Assembly (NCBI GenBank): GCA_022824685.1 | Contig: JAJDZJ010000033.1 | Location: 2,522-66,521, forward strand | Source: Caldilineaceae bacterium | GTDB lineage: Bacteria; Chloroflexota; Anaerolineae; Caldilineales; Caldilineaceae | DNA: 64,000 nucleotides | Direction: 5' to 3' | Shown: in pieces, positions 1-9,823 of the stretch | Position numbering within the stretch: position 1 is the first letter of the stretch | Layout of the letters: each line of letters opens with the position of its first letter | Position numbers and translations under genes: made by a program | The notes under the pieces: generated by a model | Told to the model about the DNA's origin: nothing | Database searches by the model: none | Seen by the model: only the letters and a program-made list of their open reading frames with translations

Positions 1-1001
1 CCGTTCTCATCTGTGGTGACGCCATACCAGGTCCCGATTGGCTCCTCGCTCAACCAGTTGGCGTTACGGGCCCAGTTCGCGCCACCGGTCGCATGGTAGA
101 GCGCGACCAGCGCGTCTGTTTGCGAGAGCGGGATCGGAGTCGGCAGGGCCAGCAAGGGCGCCTGGGACAGCCCGGCCTGGGTGGTCGGCGTCACGCTCGG
201 CGCGGCTGCGGACGCTGCAGGGGGAACGGGCTGCGACACCGGTGTGGGTATAGCAGTGGGCGCCGCGGCATGTTGCTTCGGCGCGGCGGGCGTGTCCGCG
301 TCGACATACGCGAAGCCTGAACCCGGTACGCCACTGTTGAGCGCCAGGACGCGGTAGGTGTATTGGCGGCCCGGCAGCACGGTGCTGTCCACGTGGCTTG
401 TTTCGGGACTTCCGGTATCCTGCACAAGGACGGAGAACTGGCCGGCTGGGTCGGTTGCGCGGTCGCTGCGCAGGACCTGATAGCCGCTGATGGGGTTGTT
501 GTCCGCCGGCGCGGACCAGATTAGGCGTACGCTGTCGTGCGCCGCCTCTGCCTGCAGGTTGCGCGGCGGCCCCGGCGGCGCGGCTGCGGCGGACGCGACG
601 ACAGCCTCCGCGGGGGCAGTCCAGCTGCTTTCAGCACGCTGGTAGCGGGCGCGCACACGCACCTGGTAGCGAACGCCCTGATCGAGGCCGGCAATGAGGA
701 AGGAGGCGGTGGTTGGAAAGGCGTTTCCAGGGTCGTCGCTGGCTGTGAGGAAGCGTTCGCCCGCCCGCGCCCAGTTCAGATGATAGTCGAGCGGCGCGTC
801 GGCGGGAGCATTCCAGGACACTTCAAGGGCGCCGGGTTGGGGGCTGGCCACGCGCACGGCGCCGATCGATCTGCTATCCTGCGGCGCGAATGCGGCGCCC
901 AGGAGGGAGGAAAGTGAAGGCCGAAGCGCCATCAGGGCCGCAAGGGCCAACCCGACGGCCAGCACGGTCAGGGCAAGTTTGACCTGGTTCTTATTCGTCA
1001 T
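1..1001 (-). CDS. Membrane-anchored or secreted surface protein: signal anchor, two fibronectin type III-like domains, Pro/Ala linker, then the start of a leucine-rich-repeat domain (3' end runs off the window)
   Basis: Absent from the ORF track because it has no stop codon in the window. My own minus-strand translation from the ATG (cat at 999-1001) reads MTNKNQVKLALTVLAVGLALAALMAL. Two FN3-like units follow (LEVSWNAP...YQVRVRA; VRLIWSAP...YTYRVLALN). Next comes LSQTDALVALYHATGGANWARNANWLSEEPIGTWYGVTTDENG, the usual cap preceding LRR arrays. Confidence 0.7.
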   Translation of the reverse strand, partial: MTNKNQVKLALTVLAVGLALAALMALRPSLSSLLGAAFAPQDSRSIGAVRVASPQPGALEVSWNAPADAPLDYHLNWARAGERFLTASDDPGNAFPTTASFLIAGLDQGVRYQVRVRARYQRAESSWTAPAEAVVASAAAAPPGPPRNLQAEAAHDSVRLIWSAPADNNPISGYQVLRSDRATDPAGQFSVLVQDTGSPETSHVDSTVLPGRQYTYRVLALNSGVPGSGFAYVDADTPAAPKQHAAAPTAIPTPVSQPVPPAASAAAPSVTPTTQAGLSQAPLLALPTPIPLSQTDALVALYHATGGANWARNANWLSEEPIGTWYGVTTDEN

Positions 1002-1166
1002 CAGTTCGAAGCGCCCGTTCCAGGAACAGGAGCGGCAAGCAGGCGTTGGTCGAGACAGGAGGCTTGCAAGAGGGCAGGCTGCGACAGCTCTGCACCGACG
1101 AGCGCGAGTCTGAAATCCCTGCAGAATTTCGGGTCACTGCTCGCTCGGTCAAGTCCAGGGGCAGGA

Positions 1167-1223
1167 GGAAACAAAAGAGGAGGCGACATCCTTTGAAGCG
1201 CGGAATGGATGCCGTCTCCTCCT
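1167..1223 (-). terminator. Possible intrinsic terminator downstream of tRNA-Pro
   Basis: Imperfect hairpin: arms 1178-1191 aggaggcgacatcc and 1207-1223 ggatgccgtctcctcct. On the minus strand it is followed by CTTTTGTTTCC. Confidence 0.4.
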
Positions 1224-1232
1224 TTTAATGCA

Positions 1233-1308
<76 letters not shown>

Positions 1309-1319
1309 ACACAGGGAGG

Positions 1320-1349
1320 AGTATACCATGCGGGGGAGAGAGCTGGCAA
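1320..1349 (-). promoter_or_regulatory. Sigma70-type promoter for tRNA-Pro
   Basis: The minus strand reads TTGCCA (1349-1344), an 18-nt spacer ending in TGg, then TATACT (1325-1320). The -10 box ends 11 nt before the mature tRNA 5' end. Confidence 0.45.
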
Positions 1350-1499
1350 ATGCGGCGAACGGGAGCGTCTGTTGGGTCCGCGAAGGGGCGAGGAACGAGT
1401 TGGCGATTTTGATTGGAGGTGGGCTTTTGCGCGAAGGGGTTAGGGCCTCCACGAGGGGCGCCCCTACAGGGGGCGGCAGGGGGGCGGCAGGGGGGCGGG

Positions 1500-2522
1500 T
1501 CAGACGCCGAGACGGGAGCCGATGAAGTCGGGATTTCCGTTGAGAAATGAGGTAACTGTCATCTGCCTTTTGCCGGCAGGTTGTACGACTTGGAGGGCCA
1601 GGAGACCGTCACCGGTCCCGACGGCGACTGTGTTCCCGGCAGAGAGGACCAGGCCGGGGGCTGCGGAGCCGGGGATGACGCGGCCCCGCCACAGTTTGAA
1701 ATTCTGATTTTTCCAGGTGGTGAAGGCGGCCGGCCAGGGGGCGTAGGCGCGAATCATGCGTTCGATGCGGGCCGCGGGCAAGGACCAGTCGACCTGGCCG
1801 TCCTGTTTTTTGACCAGGCGGCAGACCGACGGTTCGCCGGGCAGGTCGGCCTGCGCGACAGGAGCGACATTTCCGGCCAGCCAGCTGGGAATCGTTTCGG
1901 CAAGCAACCCTGCCCCGCGGTCGGCCAGCCGTTCGCTGAGGGAGGCGGTCGTATCGTCGGATTGGATGGGAAGCCGGGCCTGAGCGAGCGCAGGGCCGGT
2001 ATCCATGCCGGCGTCCATCAACATGATGGTAACGCCTGTCTCTGTCAGGCCATTGAGAAGCGCGGCGGTAATGGGTGAGGCGCCGCGATATGCGGGCAGC
2101 AGGCTTGCATGGACATTGAGACAGCCGAATGTCGGGACCTCCAGCAGGCGGGGCGGGAGGATCTGACCGTAGGCGGCGACAACGATCAGGTCGGGGGATA
2201 GCATGCGGAGCCAGGCGAGCGGGTCCGGCTGGTCGGCGGCGGACGGGGCGCCGCTCTGTCGCAGGCGTTCCGGTTGCAGCACGGGCAGGTTCTGCTGCAG
2301 GGCGAAGGATTTGACCGGCCCGGCGAGCAGTTTTTTGCCGCGGCCGGCCCTTCGATCCGGCTGCGTTACCACGCCGACGAACTGCCAGCCCGCCTGCGCG
2401 GCCAGACTGTGCAAGAGGGACAGGGAGGGCAGAGCGAATTCCGGCGTCCCCATGAAAACGATGCGGATCGGTTCCGATATTTGGGACAGGGGAACTGAAG
2501 GCTGCGTGACCATAGCGGTCAT
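1500..2522 (-). CDS. fmt: Methionyl-tRNA formyltransferase
   Basis: IVFMGTPEFALPSL N-terminus, HASLLPAYRGASPI motif and a C-terminal Fmt domain. The start may be a few codons internal. Confidence 0.93.
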   Translation of the reverse strand: MTAMVTQPSVPLSQISEPIRIVFMGTPEFALPSLSLLHSLAAQAGWQFVGVVTQPDRRAGRGKKLLAGPVKSFALQQNLPVLQPERLRQSGAPSAADQPDPLAWLRMLSPDLIVVAAYGQILPPRLLEVPTFGCLNVHASLLPAYRGASPITAALLNGLTETGVTIMLMDAGMDTGPALAQARLPIQSDDTTASLSERLADRGAGLLAETIPSWLAGNVAPVAQADLPGEPSVCRLVKKQDGQVDWSLPAARIERMIRAYAPWPAAFTTWKNQNFKLWRGRVIPGSAAPGLVLSAGNTVAVGTGDGLLALQVVQPAGKRQMTVTSFLNGNPDFIGSRLGV

Positions 2523-2780
2523 TGTAGCACAGTTTCGAGGGGCGATTGGAAACTTTCGTTGGGACCTTGCGTAGAGTAGTTATGACGGCATTCAGACACT
2601 ATAGAAGATTTCCTGATCGCAGTTTTCGCCACCGCAGGGCACACGCAGGGCATACGCAGGAAATCGTCGACTCCCCCGATGTCTGGATGACGAGGAAGGA
2701 CAAAATGGTTCGCGGCAGGGCGAAGGTGGGTAAGGTTCTGAGAGGTATGTTCCGCCGCACGTAGCCGACGGAGAAGAAGC

Positions 2781-3455
2781 GTGGAGAACAGGAAAGACGA
2801 GGAGCAGTGGGAAGAGGGATCTCCGGAATCGGAATCTGGCGAAGTCGGGCCGGAGGATGCGGAGGCATCGCATTCGACGCCGGTCGGCGGATCGGTCGAC
2901 GCGCGGGAGGAGGCGGTTTCGGGCGAGGCAGATGGATCTGGCGGGGCCGGCTTTGACGAGGGCCCTGAACCATCCCCTGCCGAGCAGTTTGCTGATTCGG
3001 CCCGGACGCAGGCCGGCGCGGCGGCGGATGCGCTGCGGCGCGGCGAATTCATGCACAACGCGGCGGTGGACATAGCCGCTGACGGCGATGATCGTCTGAT
3101 CGCGTTGCTGTGTTACGTTACGCAGATGCTGATTCCGCTGGTGATGCCTATCCTGGTACTGTTGAGCGCGAGCAGCAAGAAGCGGCCGTTTCAGCGCTTC
3201 CATGCAATTCAGAGCCTGGCGCTTATGACAACGTTCATCGTGTTCGGGTTGCTCCTGGCAGTCAGTTTGACGATTGTGACAATTGTCCCGGTCCTTGGGT
3301 GGTTGGTCACTGTCCTGACTGTAAGTTGCCTCATTCCGCTTCTGGCTCTGATGGGATACCTGGCCCTGGCCTACTATGGCTATCAGGCCTACCAGGGCAA
3401 ACGGTTTGCGATCCCAGGGTTGACAAGCTTTTTGCAGGATCAGGGTTGGATCTAG
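2781..3455 (+). CDS. DUF4870-like integral membrane protein with an acidic, low-complexity N-terminal extension
   Basis: The C-terminal half (DRLIALLCYVTQMLIPLVMPILVLL...RPFQRFHAIQSLALM plus further TM helices) matches the DUF4870 pattern. GTG start at 2781; an alternative ATG at 3051 would remove the acidic region. Confidence 0.65.
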   Translation: MENRKDEEQWEEGSPESESGEVGPEDAEASHSTPVGGSVDAREEAVSGEADGSGGAGFDEGPEPSPAEQFADSARTQAGAAADALRRGEFMHNAAVDIAADGDDRLIALLCYVTQMLIPLVMPILVLLSASSKKRPFQRFHAIQSLALMTTFIVFGLLLAVSLTIVTIVPVLGWLVTVLTVSCLIPLLALMGYLALAYYGYQAYQGKRFAIPGLTSFLQDQGWI

Positions 3456-3526
3456 CGGGAAGAGGCGTTGGACGCGGAAAGGGGGCGTCCCTTTCCGACC
3501 GGAACAGGACGCCCGTTCAAATTGAG

Positions 3527-3567
3527 AGGCCGGGCCGGCGATGACGCTGGCCCGGCCTTTCCATTTT
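3527..3567 (+). terminator. Rho-independent terminator after the DUF4870 gene
   Basis: Stem aggccgggcc (3527-3536) pairs with ggcccggcct (3549-3558) and is followed by ttccatttt. Confidence 0.55.
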
Positions 3568-3761
3568 GTGAGAGGTCAGCTTCCCGTCGGCTGAACGTCA
3601 GCCAGCTGTTAGGAAACGGCATATAGTTCGCGTATACTGATGGCGAGGTTGGAATCTAGGAATTGCGCTCCGAATGGGCGCAAGAGTGCCCGTCAGGAAC
3701 GGAGAACGGTTAGGCGGGGCACTGGGATAACGTCCTTCCCTCAGAACTCGCGGAGGAAACC

Positions 3762-4256
3762 GTGTTTACCGAGAACATCGATGAGTTGATGCGCTGGGGA
3801 TGGGTTGTCTTGGCCGTCTTCTTCTTCCTGGTGGAGATATTTACTGCCGGATTCGTGCTGCTGTGTTTTGGTATCGGCGCGCTGGGCGCGGCGCTGGCCG
3901 CGTTTCTGGGGGCGGGCCTGGCATGGCAGCTTGTTGTATTCATCGCCGCAACGATAGCTGCCGTGGTGCTGGCGCGGCCGTTCGCCGACCGCATTTCACG
4001 GCCCGGAATTCAGCAGATCGCGGGTGACCGGATGATCGGCAAGTGGGGGGTCGTTTTGCAGACTGTGGACCCGATGGAGGGTACGGGCATGGTCCGGGTG
4101 GAAAGCGAGAGATGGCGGGCAGAGTCGACGGTCAATGTTCAGTTGGAGGTTGGAGAGGTTGTCAGAGTTGTAGGCGTAGACGGCGTTCGTCTACAGGTTG
4201 AGGCATCAGAGGAAAAAGAATCGGTTGCAGATAAGCAGGCCGAGTCTGCCGCATAG
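3762..4256 (+). CDS. NfeD-family membrane protein
   Basis: N-terminal TM helices plus a C-terminal OB-like segment ([39 protein letters not shown]). GGAGG lies 5 nt before the GTG. The gene sits directly upstream of an SPFH gene. Confidence 0.85.
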   Translation: MFTENIDELMRWGWVVLAVFFFLVEIFTAGFVLLCFGIGALGAALAAFLGAGLAWQLVVFIAATIAAVVLARPFADRISRPGIQQIAGDRMIGKWGVVLQTVDPMEGTGMVRVESERWRAESTVNVQLEVGEVVRVVGVDGVRLQVEASEEKESVADKQAESAA

Positions 4257-4282
4257 AGCGGTATAGTAAAAGGAGAAGGGAA

Positions 4283-5200
4283 ATGTTTTCCGTATTAGGG
4301 CCGATCTTGCTCTTGGCGATCATTGCGGTCGCTGTGATAGTCGTTGCCTTTGCGACGATCCGCATCGTGCAGCCATATCAGAAGGGTGTAATCGAGCGGT
4401 TGGGCCGTTATCAGCGCACGGTTCAGCCGGGTCTTACGTTGATCATTCCGTTCGTGGACGCCATTCAGAAGGTAGACATGCGGGAGCAGGTGGTTGACGT
4501 GCCGCCCCAGGAGGTGATCACGAAGGACAATGTCGTTGTCACGGTTGATGCGATCGTCTACTTTGAGGCCACGGACCCAGTCAAGCTGGTCTACAATGTG
4601 GCGGATTTCTACAACGCGGCGACCAAACTGGCGCAGACCAACCTGCGTAATGTGGTCGGCGAAATGGAGTTGGATGCGGCGCTGACGAGCCGCGATCACA
4701 TCAACGCGAAGCTGCGCGAGGTGCTGGACGACGCCACGGACAAGTGGGGCGTACGCGTGGTGCGGGTGGAGATCAAGCGCATCGATCCGCCGGCCGACGT
4801 GACCGAGGCGATGCACCGGCAGATGAAGGCTGAGCGGGAGAAGCGGGCCGCGATTCTTGACGCCGACGGGTTGCGCCAGGCCCAGGTTCTGAAGGCGGAA
4901 GGCGAGGCTGAAGCGGTGAAACGGGTGGCCGACGCGGAGCGGTATAAGCTGGAGGTCGAGGCCACAGGCCAGGGCAACGCCATCACGACGGTGTTCAACG
5001 CCATCAAGGACGCGGAGCCCGATGACAAGCTGATCGCCATTCAGTATCTGGAGGCGCTGAAGGTCATCGCTGACGGAGACGCGTCCAAGGTATTTCTGCC
5101 ATACGAGGCGAGCGGCGTCCTGGGCGCGCTGGGCGGCGTGAAAGAGATCTTCAACGAACAGAACAACGGCAGCGCCGGCAGCAACGGCACACGGCCGTAA
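4283..5200 (+). CDS. SPFH/band 7 (stomatin-like) protein
   Basis: N-terminal TM helix, then [18 protein letters not shown]...[11 protein letters not shown]...[11 protein letters not shown], and a charged coiled-coil tail. This is the classic nfeD-SPFH pair. Confidence 0.9.
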   Translation: MFSVLGPILLLAIIAVAVIVVAFATIRIVQPYQKGVIERLGRYQRTVQPGLTLIIPFVDAIQKVDMREQVVDVPPQEVITKDNVVVTVDAIVYFEATDPVKLVYNVADFYNAATKLAQTNLRNVVGEMELDAALTSRDHINAKLREVLDDATDKWGVRVVRVEIKRIDPPADVTEAMHRQMKAEREKRAAILDADGLRQAQVLKAEGEAEAVKRVADAERYKLEVEATGQGNAITTVFNAIKDAEPDDKLIAIQYLEALKVIADGDASKVFLPYEASGVLGALGGVKEIFNEQNNGSAGSNGTRP

Positions 5201-5205
5201 GCGGC

Positions 5206-5244
5206 AGCGAGGAGTGAGAAGCAGGTGAGTTCTCACTCCTCGCT
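5206..5244. terminator. Strong hairpin between convergent genes (bidirectional terminator candidate, no U-tract)
   Basis: Perfect 15-bp arms agcgaggagtgagaa (5206-5220) and ttctcactcctcgct (5230-5244) with a 9-nt loop. Confidence 0.5.
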
Positions 5245-5277
5245 CCCCACACCTCTGAATTTCCCTCTTACAACCAG

Positions 5278-8115
5278 TTAGGCCTGGCCGACGCGCATGA
5301 CTTCGAATATGCGGCGTTGGGTTGCCTGCGCGGTGGCGGCGACGATGACCAGCACCATCACGATGATGAAAATGATGGTGAGCTGGGTAATCTCGCCCTC
5401 GGCGATGACGGGCAGCATCGGCGGCAGGATTGCCTTTTCGTCAGCTGCGCTGCGGAAGAATGGGGTGAAGAGGACGGAGACCCAGACGCCGATTGCCGCG
5501 CCGGCGGCGGTGCCGTAGATGACGAGCACGGCATATTCAATGGCGAGCTGGGTGATCAGCTGGCGGCGAAACGCGCCGATGGCGCGCAGGACGCCGAACT
5601 GGTAGAACCGTTCGCGGAGCGAGGCGTAGCTGTGAATGAGGAAGGCCATCACGGCCATTAGCGCCGCGGCCAGGAAGCCGACGTTGAGCGCGCCGAAGAC
5701 GCCGACCCGCTCCAGCTGAGATTTTTCTCTGATCAGCGACCCGACCACGTCGTGCCAGCGCAGCGTTTCAATGCCGCCGATTCGCAGCCTGCGGCGCACC
5801 TCCTCTCCCTGGCTGTTCTCCGGGGACCGCAGCCAGATCTCATAAGGGTAGATGGCGCCGCCGATCAGGTGCAGATAGTCCAGGTTGGTGATGATTACGA
5901 TCTCTTCCTGCTCGACAGTTGGGAAATAGTCGTAGACGCCGCTGACGACGAAATCGGTGCGCACGCTGACCCCCGGTTCCAGGATCACCCACAGATCGAT
6001 GCGATCGCCGATACGCAGGAGGTGCTCGGCCAGAAACTCGCGCGAGACCAGCGCAGCCTCGGGCGCGGCGGCGAGCCGGTTCATGAGGCCGCCGAGCGAG
6101 TCATCGGCGAAATCCGAGCGGAACCAGGAGACCGAGGCGAATTCGGCGCGGTCCACGCCCATCATGCGTTTGCCCTTTCTGCGGTCGGTTGCGAGCCCCT
6201 CGATGCGCATGCCATAGCTGCCGACGCGAATGGCGCGGTCGGCGTCGAACCTCTCTGTAAACCAGGAGAGTTCAGGGGTAAAGTCGGCGATCGTCTCGTC
6301 GGCGCCAACGGTGACGGGCAGGAAGCGGAAGTCTCCGCCGGCCTGGTATTTGATGCGATCGACCAGCCATTTATCCATGCTGGCGGCGAGAGAGTGGGTA
6401 TAGATACCCAGGCCCAGGCAGATGATGACAAGGAGGAGAGGATTCAGATAGCTGTGCCCTTGCCGCCCGAGCTGGCGCAGGGCGAGATGGAAAACGGTGC
6501 CCGGCAACAGGCCGGCGAGTTTGTCGAGCAGATTCATGAGGGGCGAGAAGAAGCGCATTATGAGGAGCGAGGCCGTGAGGATAACCAGCGCGGGGGCCAG
6601 GATCAGGAGGGGGTCGCTGTACAGTTCGGACGCTTCCTCCTGCGCGAGGAGCGCGAACGCTTCCTGTTGACCCAGCTGTTGATAGGCGTAAACGGTTGGC
6701 ACGATCAGGAGGAAATCGAGATAGGCGCGGCGCCAGAAGGGGCCGCGGTCGGGCCGGGCGTAGGCGGTTTCGAAGTCGATTATACTGGCGCGTGCCGCGC
6801 TGATCGCCGGCAACACGCGGGCGATGAAGGCCAGCGCCAGCGCGGCAACGATGAGCCAGACATCGACGCCCTGCAGGGAAACGGGCATTGGATCGCGCAG
6901 GGTGAAATCAAGGAAGCTGTCGGTGTAGCCCATGCCGCGGGCGATTAACATGCCGAGACCGAGGCCAAGGGGCACGCCCAGGACGAAGAGGAGCCACTCC
7001 TCGACCAGCACGAGCCAGAGGACGCGCATCGTGCCGGCGCCGCGGCTGACGAGCACCGATGTCTCTCTCTGCTGGGAGCGGGCGATAATGCCGGAGATCA
7101 GCACCAGGAAATAGAGAAGGAAACCGATTGCGGGCACGTTCATGCTCAACAGAAGAACGGTGAGGGTCGTCTGGCGCTGCACGAACTCTTTGAGCGGGTC
7201 CAATGGTGAGACATCCAGTTCGGCGCCGGGCAGGTATTTGCCGATGATGGTCATGCCCCTTTCGAAGCCGCGGGCGTAGGCGGCGGCGAAAGCGGGATTG
7301 AGGGTGGTGTCGTCGAGGGAGATGCGCCAGCTGGCGAAGCGGGAGCCGCCGGCCACCATCGGCTGCACCCGCTGCAGGTAGTCGGCCCGACGGACGAAGA
7401 GCGCTTCCTTCATCGAGATATCCGGAGGGCGGAACCAGAAGGTGTCGTCCGGGTCGCGGGCGCGCCAGAGGCCGACGATTTCCACTTCGGTGCCGGGCAG
7501 GGCCGCGGTGGGCGCGACGCGAAACTTTTCGCCGGGCCGGACGCCCATTTCGGAGGCGAGGTTATCGTGCATGAGCACGGAGAGGGGCCCGGTGGAGACG
7601 CCTTCATCGGATGGGTCTGCCCAGGTGGAACCGGCGGTGATTTCGAGTTCGGGCGCGACGCCTGCCAGGTAGACGAGATCGACCTGGGTGAGAAATTTGC
7701 TCTCGCCGCCGTAACGTTCGTCGCCTTCGGGGCTGAGCAACATCATGCTGCCGCTCTCGAGGTGGACGCCGACGTCGTCAATGGGGAGCCCGATTTCGGA
7801 GGAGAGCGTGTCGGCGACGCTGCGCCCGGCCCGTTCGGCTGCGGGCACATCCATCGGTTTGCGGGAGGAAGGGAAGAAGTAGACGCGCGTCGAGAAGGGG
7901 GGCCGCCCGGTGCGGGCGCTGAGCGCGTCAAGTTCCTCGTTCAGGATTACTCTGTCGACGGCCTGCGCGAAGAAGCCGGCGCTGCTCAGGAGGCCGACAG
8001 TCAGCACGATCTGGAAGAGCGCCAGCAGAGTCAAACCCAGGTTGCCGGCGAGACGCTTGTACGTTAGAAGTGTCAGCCCGCCGACGAGGCGTGGAACGGT
8101 GAAGAGTATGCGCAC
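5278..8115 (-). CDS. Giant FtsX/MacB-type ABC permease with two FtsX modules (945 aa)
   Basis: Two repeats of a TM helix, a large extracytoplasmic domain and a 3-TM FtsX bundle. The C-terminus reads RERFYQFGVLRAIGAFRRQL. Clear paralogue of 28642-31524. No NBD gene is adjacent. Confidence 0.85.
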   Translation of the reverse strand: MRILFTVPRLVGGLTLLTYKRLAGNLGLTLLALFQIVLTVGLLSSAGFFAQAVDRVILNEELDALSARTGRPPFSTRVYFFPSSRKPMDVPAAERAGRSVADTLSSEIGLPIDDVGVHLESGSMMLLSPEGDERYGGESKFLTQVDLVYLAGVAPELEITAGSTWADPSDEGVSTGPLSVLMHDNLASEMGVRPGEKFRVAPTAALPGTEVEIVGLWRARDPDDTFWFRPPDISMKEALFVRRADYLQRVQPMVAGGSRFASWRISLDDTTLNPAFAAAYARGFERGMTIIGKYLPGAELDVSPLDPLKEFVQRQTTLTVLLLSMNVPAIGFLLYFLVLISGIIARSQQRETSVLVSRGAGTMRVLWLVLVEEWLLFVLGVPLGLGLGMLIARGMGYTDSFLDFTLRDPMPVSLQGVDVWLIVAALALAFIARVLPAISAARASIIDFETAYARPDRGPFWRRAYLDFLLIVPTVYAYQQLGQQEAFALLAQEEASELYSDPLLILAPALVILTASLLIMRFFSPLMNLLDKLAGLLPGTVFHLALRQLGRQGHSYLNPLLLVIICLGLGIYTHSLAASMDKWLVDRIKYQAGGDFRFLPVTVGADETIADFTPELSWFTERFDADRAIRVGSYGMRIEGLATDRRKGKRMMGVDRAEFASVSWFRSDFADDSLGGLMNRLAAAPEAALVSREFLAEHLLRIGDRIDLWVILEPGVSVRTDFVVSGVYDYFPTVEQEEIVIITNLDYLHLIGGAIYPYEIWLRSPENSQGEEVRRRLRIGGIETLRWHDVVGSLIREKSQLERVGVFGALNVGFLAAALMAVMAFLIHSYASLRERFYQFGVLRAIGAFRRQLITQLAIEYAVLVIYGTAAGAAIGVWVSVLFTPFFRSAADEKAILPPMLPVIAEGEITQLTIIFIIVMVLVIVAATAQATQRRIFEVMRVGQA

Positions 8116-8197
8116 GGATTTATGTTAGAGAAGGCGCATGGGACGCGGCCTTGATTGCCGCGTCCCATGCGCTGCAGTACTACGCGGCACGACCGTG

Positions 8198-9598
8198 TCA
8201 GGCCGGTTCCTTGGCGCGTACGGGCTGGCGCAGCAGGTCCTGTCCGGGGCCCCACATGAAGTGTTCGTTGAGTTTCTCGTTGCCGTCCATCTCCATGAGC
8301 TCCTCAAAGACGGAGAGGGCCTGGTTGTAGGAATGTGTCTGTTCGCATTCGAGCGCGTCCAGGAAGAGGAGTGAGCGGTCCCCGGTTTCGAAGGCGAGGA
8401 GCTCCCGTTCCATTTCGAGGACTTCGGGCAGGATCTGGGTGTAAAGGATTTTCTCAGGCAACGGGTCGACGCGGATGGGGTGGATGCCGCTTCTGTTGAC
8501 GATGGCGGGCACTTCGACGACAACATCGTCGGGGACACCGGCCAAGGCGCCGTGGTTGGGCACGTTCACCTGGAACTGGCCTTCATTGTCGTTGACGAGG
8601 CCGTCGATGATCGGCACCTGCTGCTCATGGGTCTTTTCCGAGCCGAAGGCTTCGATCAGGCTGGTAGAGGGATTGCTGGTCAGTTTGGTCATCTGGGCGA
8701 CGCGTTTCTCCAGGTTTTCGACAAAATAGGGCCGGGCGAGATGGGTGTCAGGGCCACCCCAAGGTTGTGGGAACCACCACATTTTCGTGTCGATATCGGT
8801 GTGGTACCACCAGGCTCCGCGGCGGGGGGTGTCACCGATAGGCATGAGTCCGTACATGCGGTACATGTGGATTGTGCCGCGGCTCATCTGGATGTCGTGG
8901 GTACGCTCGGCGACATGCGTTTGCCAGAAGTTTTCGCCCTCTTCGGCGATCCATTTTTCCAAGATCGGGTAGGCGTCTTCGCCCTTGTAGTAGAAGTGGG
9001 TGAGCCAGATGTTGTGATTGAGGCCGGGCGCCTGCCAGGTGAGGTCGGCAAGGTCGGTGAAGCCGAGAGTTCTGGCGATCTCATGTACGCCGTAATGGCC
9101 GTGGCAGAGGCCGCATACTTTGATGCTTGAGGCGCGGGTCATGAGGGTGCAGCCCTGGTAGACGGGATTGCCAGACTGGATCAGCCAGGCGTCGGGGCAG
9201 ATTTCCTCCATGTCGCCGGTCACGCCAAGCATGAGGTCGAGATTGACGAAGTTGCTCTGACGCATGCGCCCGCCGTGATAGTAGCCGTGCTTCTCCATCA
9301 GTTCGCGTCCGTCGCGCTGTTTCTGATGGCTGTGGGCCGAGGCGGTGTTGATGACGAAATCGGAATCCTGGAGGGCTTCACGCTGGTTGGTGGTACTCTC
9401 GAAGCGCAGGTCGGCGCCGAGTTCGCTGGCGTAGCGTGCGCCGAGCTTATGGATCATGTCGAGCCTTTCGGCGTCGATATCCATGAAGGAGATGAGACTG
9501 CCGCTGAGAGACTCAGTCAGGCAGATGTCTTTGACCAGGCCAAGCGAGAATTGGGCGCTGCCGGCGCCGATGACGGTCAGTTTGATAGGGGTGGACAT
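8198..9598 (-). CDS. Glycoside hydrolase family 4 (NAD/Mn-dependent alpha-glucosidase or alpha-galactosidase type)
   Basis: N-terminal KLTVIGAGSAQF Rossmann motif, VCGLCHGHYG (the CHG motif) and a size of 466 aa. Confidence 0.8.
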   Translation of the reverse strand: MSTPIKLTVIGAGSAQFSLGLVKDICLTESLSGSLISFMDIDAERLDMIHKLGARYASELGADLRFESTTNQREALQDSDFVINTASAHSHQKQRDGRELMEKHGYYHGGRMRQSNFVNLDLMLGVTGDMEEICPDAWLIQSGNPVYQGCTLMTRASSIKVCGLCHGHYGVHEIARTLGFTDLADLTWQAPGLNHNIWLTHFYYKGEDAYPILEKWIAEEGENFWQTHVAERTHDIQMSRGTIHMYRMYGLMPIGDTPRRGAWWYHTDIDTKMWWFPQPWGGPDTHLARPYFVENLEKRVAQMTKLTSNPSTSLIEAFGSEKTHEQQVPIIDGLVNDNEGQFQVNVPNHGALAGVPDDVVVEVPAIVNRSGIHPIRVDPLPEKILYTQILPEVLEMERELLAFETGDRSLLFLDALECEQTHSYNQALSVFEELMEMDGNEKLNEHFMWGPGQDLLRQPVRAKEPA

Positions 9599-9823
9599 AG
9601 AGGCTCCTTGGGTCTAAATTGTGGCGCGCTTCTGGATGGCGCGCCGATTGAAGCAGAGATTGCGTAACCTGTTCCTTGCGCAAACATGGACCCTGCAGAT
9701 GAATCGTTTCACGTTGCCCGAATCTGTCAACAGCAAGCGAGTTCAATGAACTGGCAGGAGAACACCTGGAACCGATTTTTCAGCGTGGCCCCAGTGAGAA
9801 TCTTGAGACGCCAGAGACTTCAT

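Noticed and set aside
2519-3203. Minus-strand ORFs 2519-3073, 2592-3203 and 2599-2973 in the fmt / DUF4870 divergent region
   Set aside because: They overlap one another in different frames and run antisense to the DUF4870 gene. Their low-complexity Pro/Arg/Ser composition has no motifs.
3762-5200. nfeD-SPFH pair as a novel membrane system
   Set aside because: This is a widespread, well-described two-gene operon with nothing unusual in order, spacing or domain content.
4295-5236. Long antisense shadow ORFs opposite real genes: 4295-5236 (-), 5752-6948 (+), 10978-11817 (+), 15707-16804 (+), 17541-18566 (-), 19059-20465 (-), 21395-22603 (-), 31657-32619 (-), 35484-36572 (-), 39698-40429 (-), 43004-43813 (-), 48684-49580 (-), 53784-54446 (-), 59872-60699 (+), 62857-63840 (+)
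   Set aside because: Each lies fully inside a gene on the other strand that has clear family motifs. Their translations are Arg/Pro/Gly/Ala/His-rich with no motifs. This is the usual artefact of stop-poor antisense frames in high-GC DNA.
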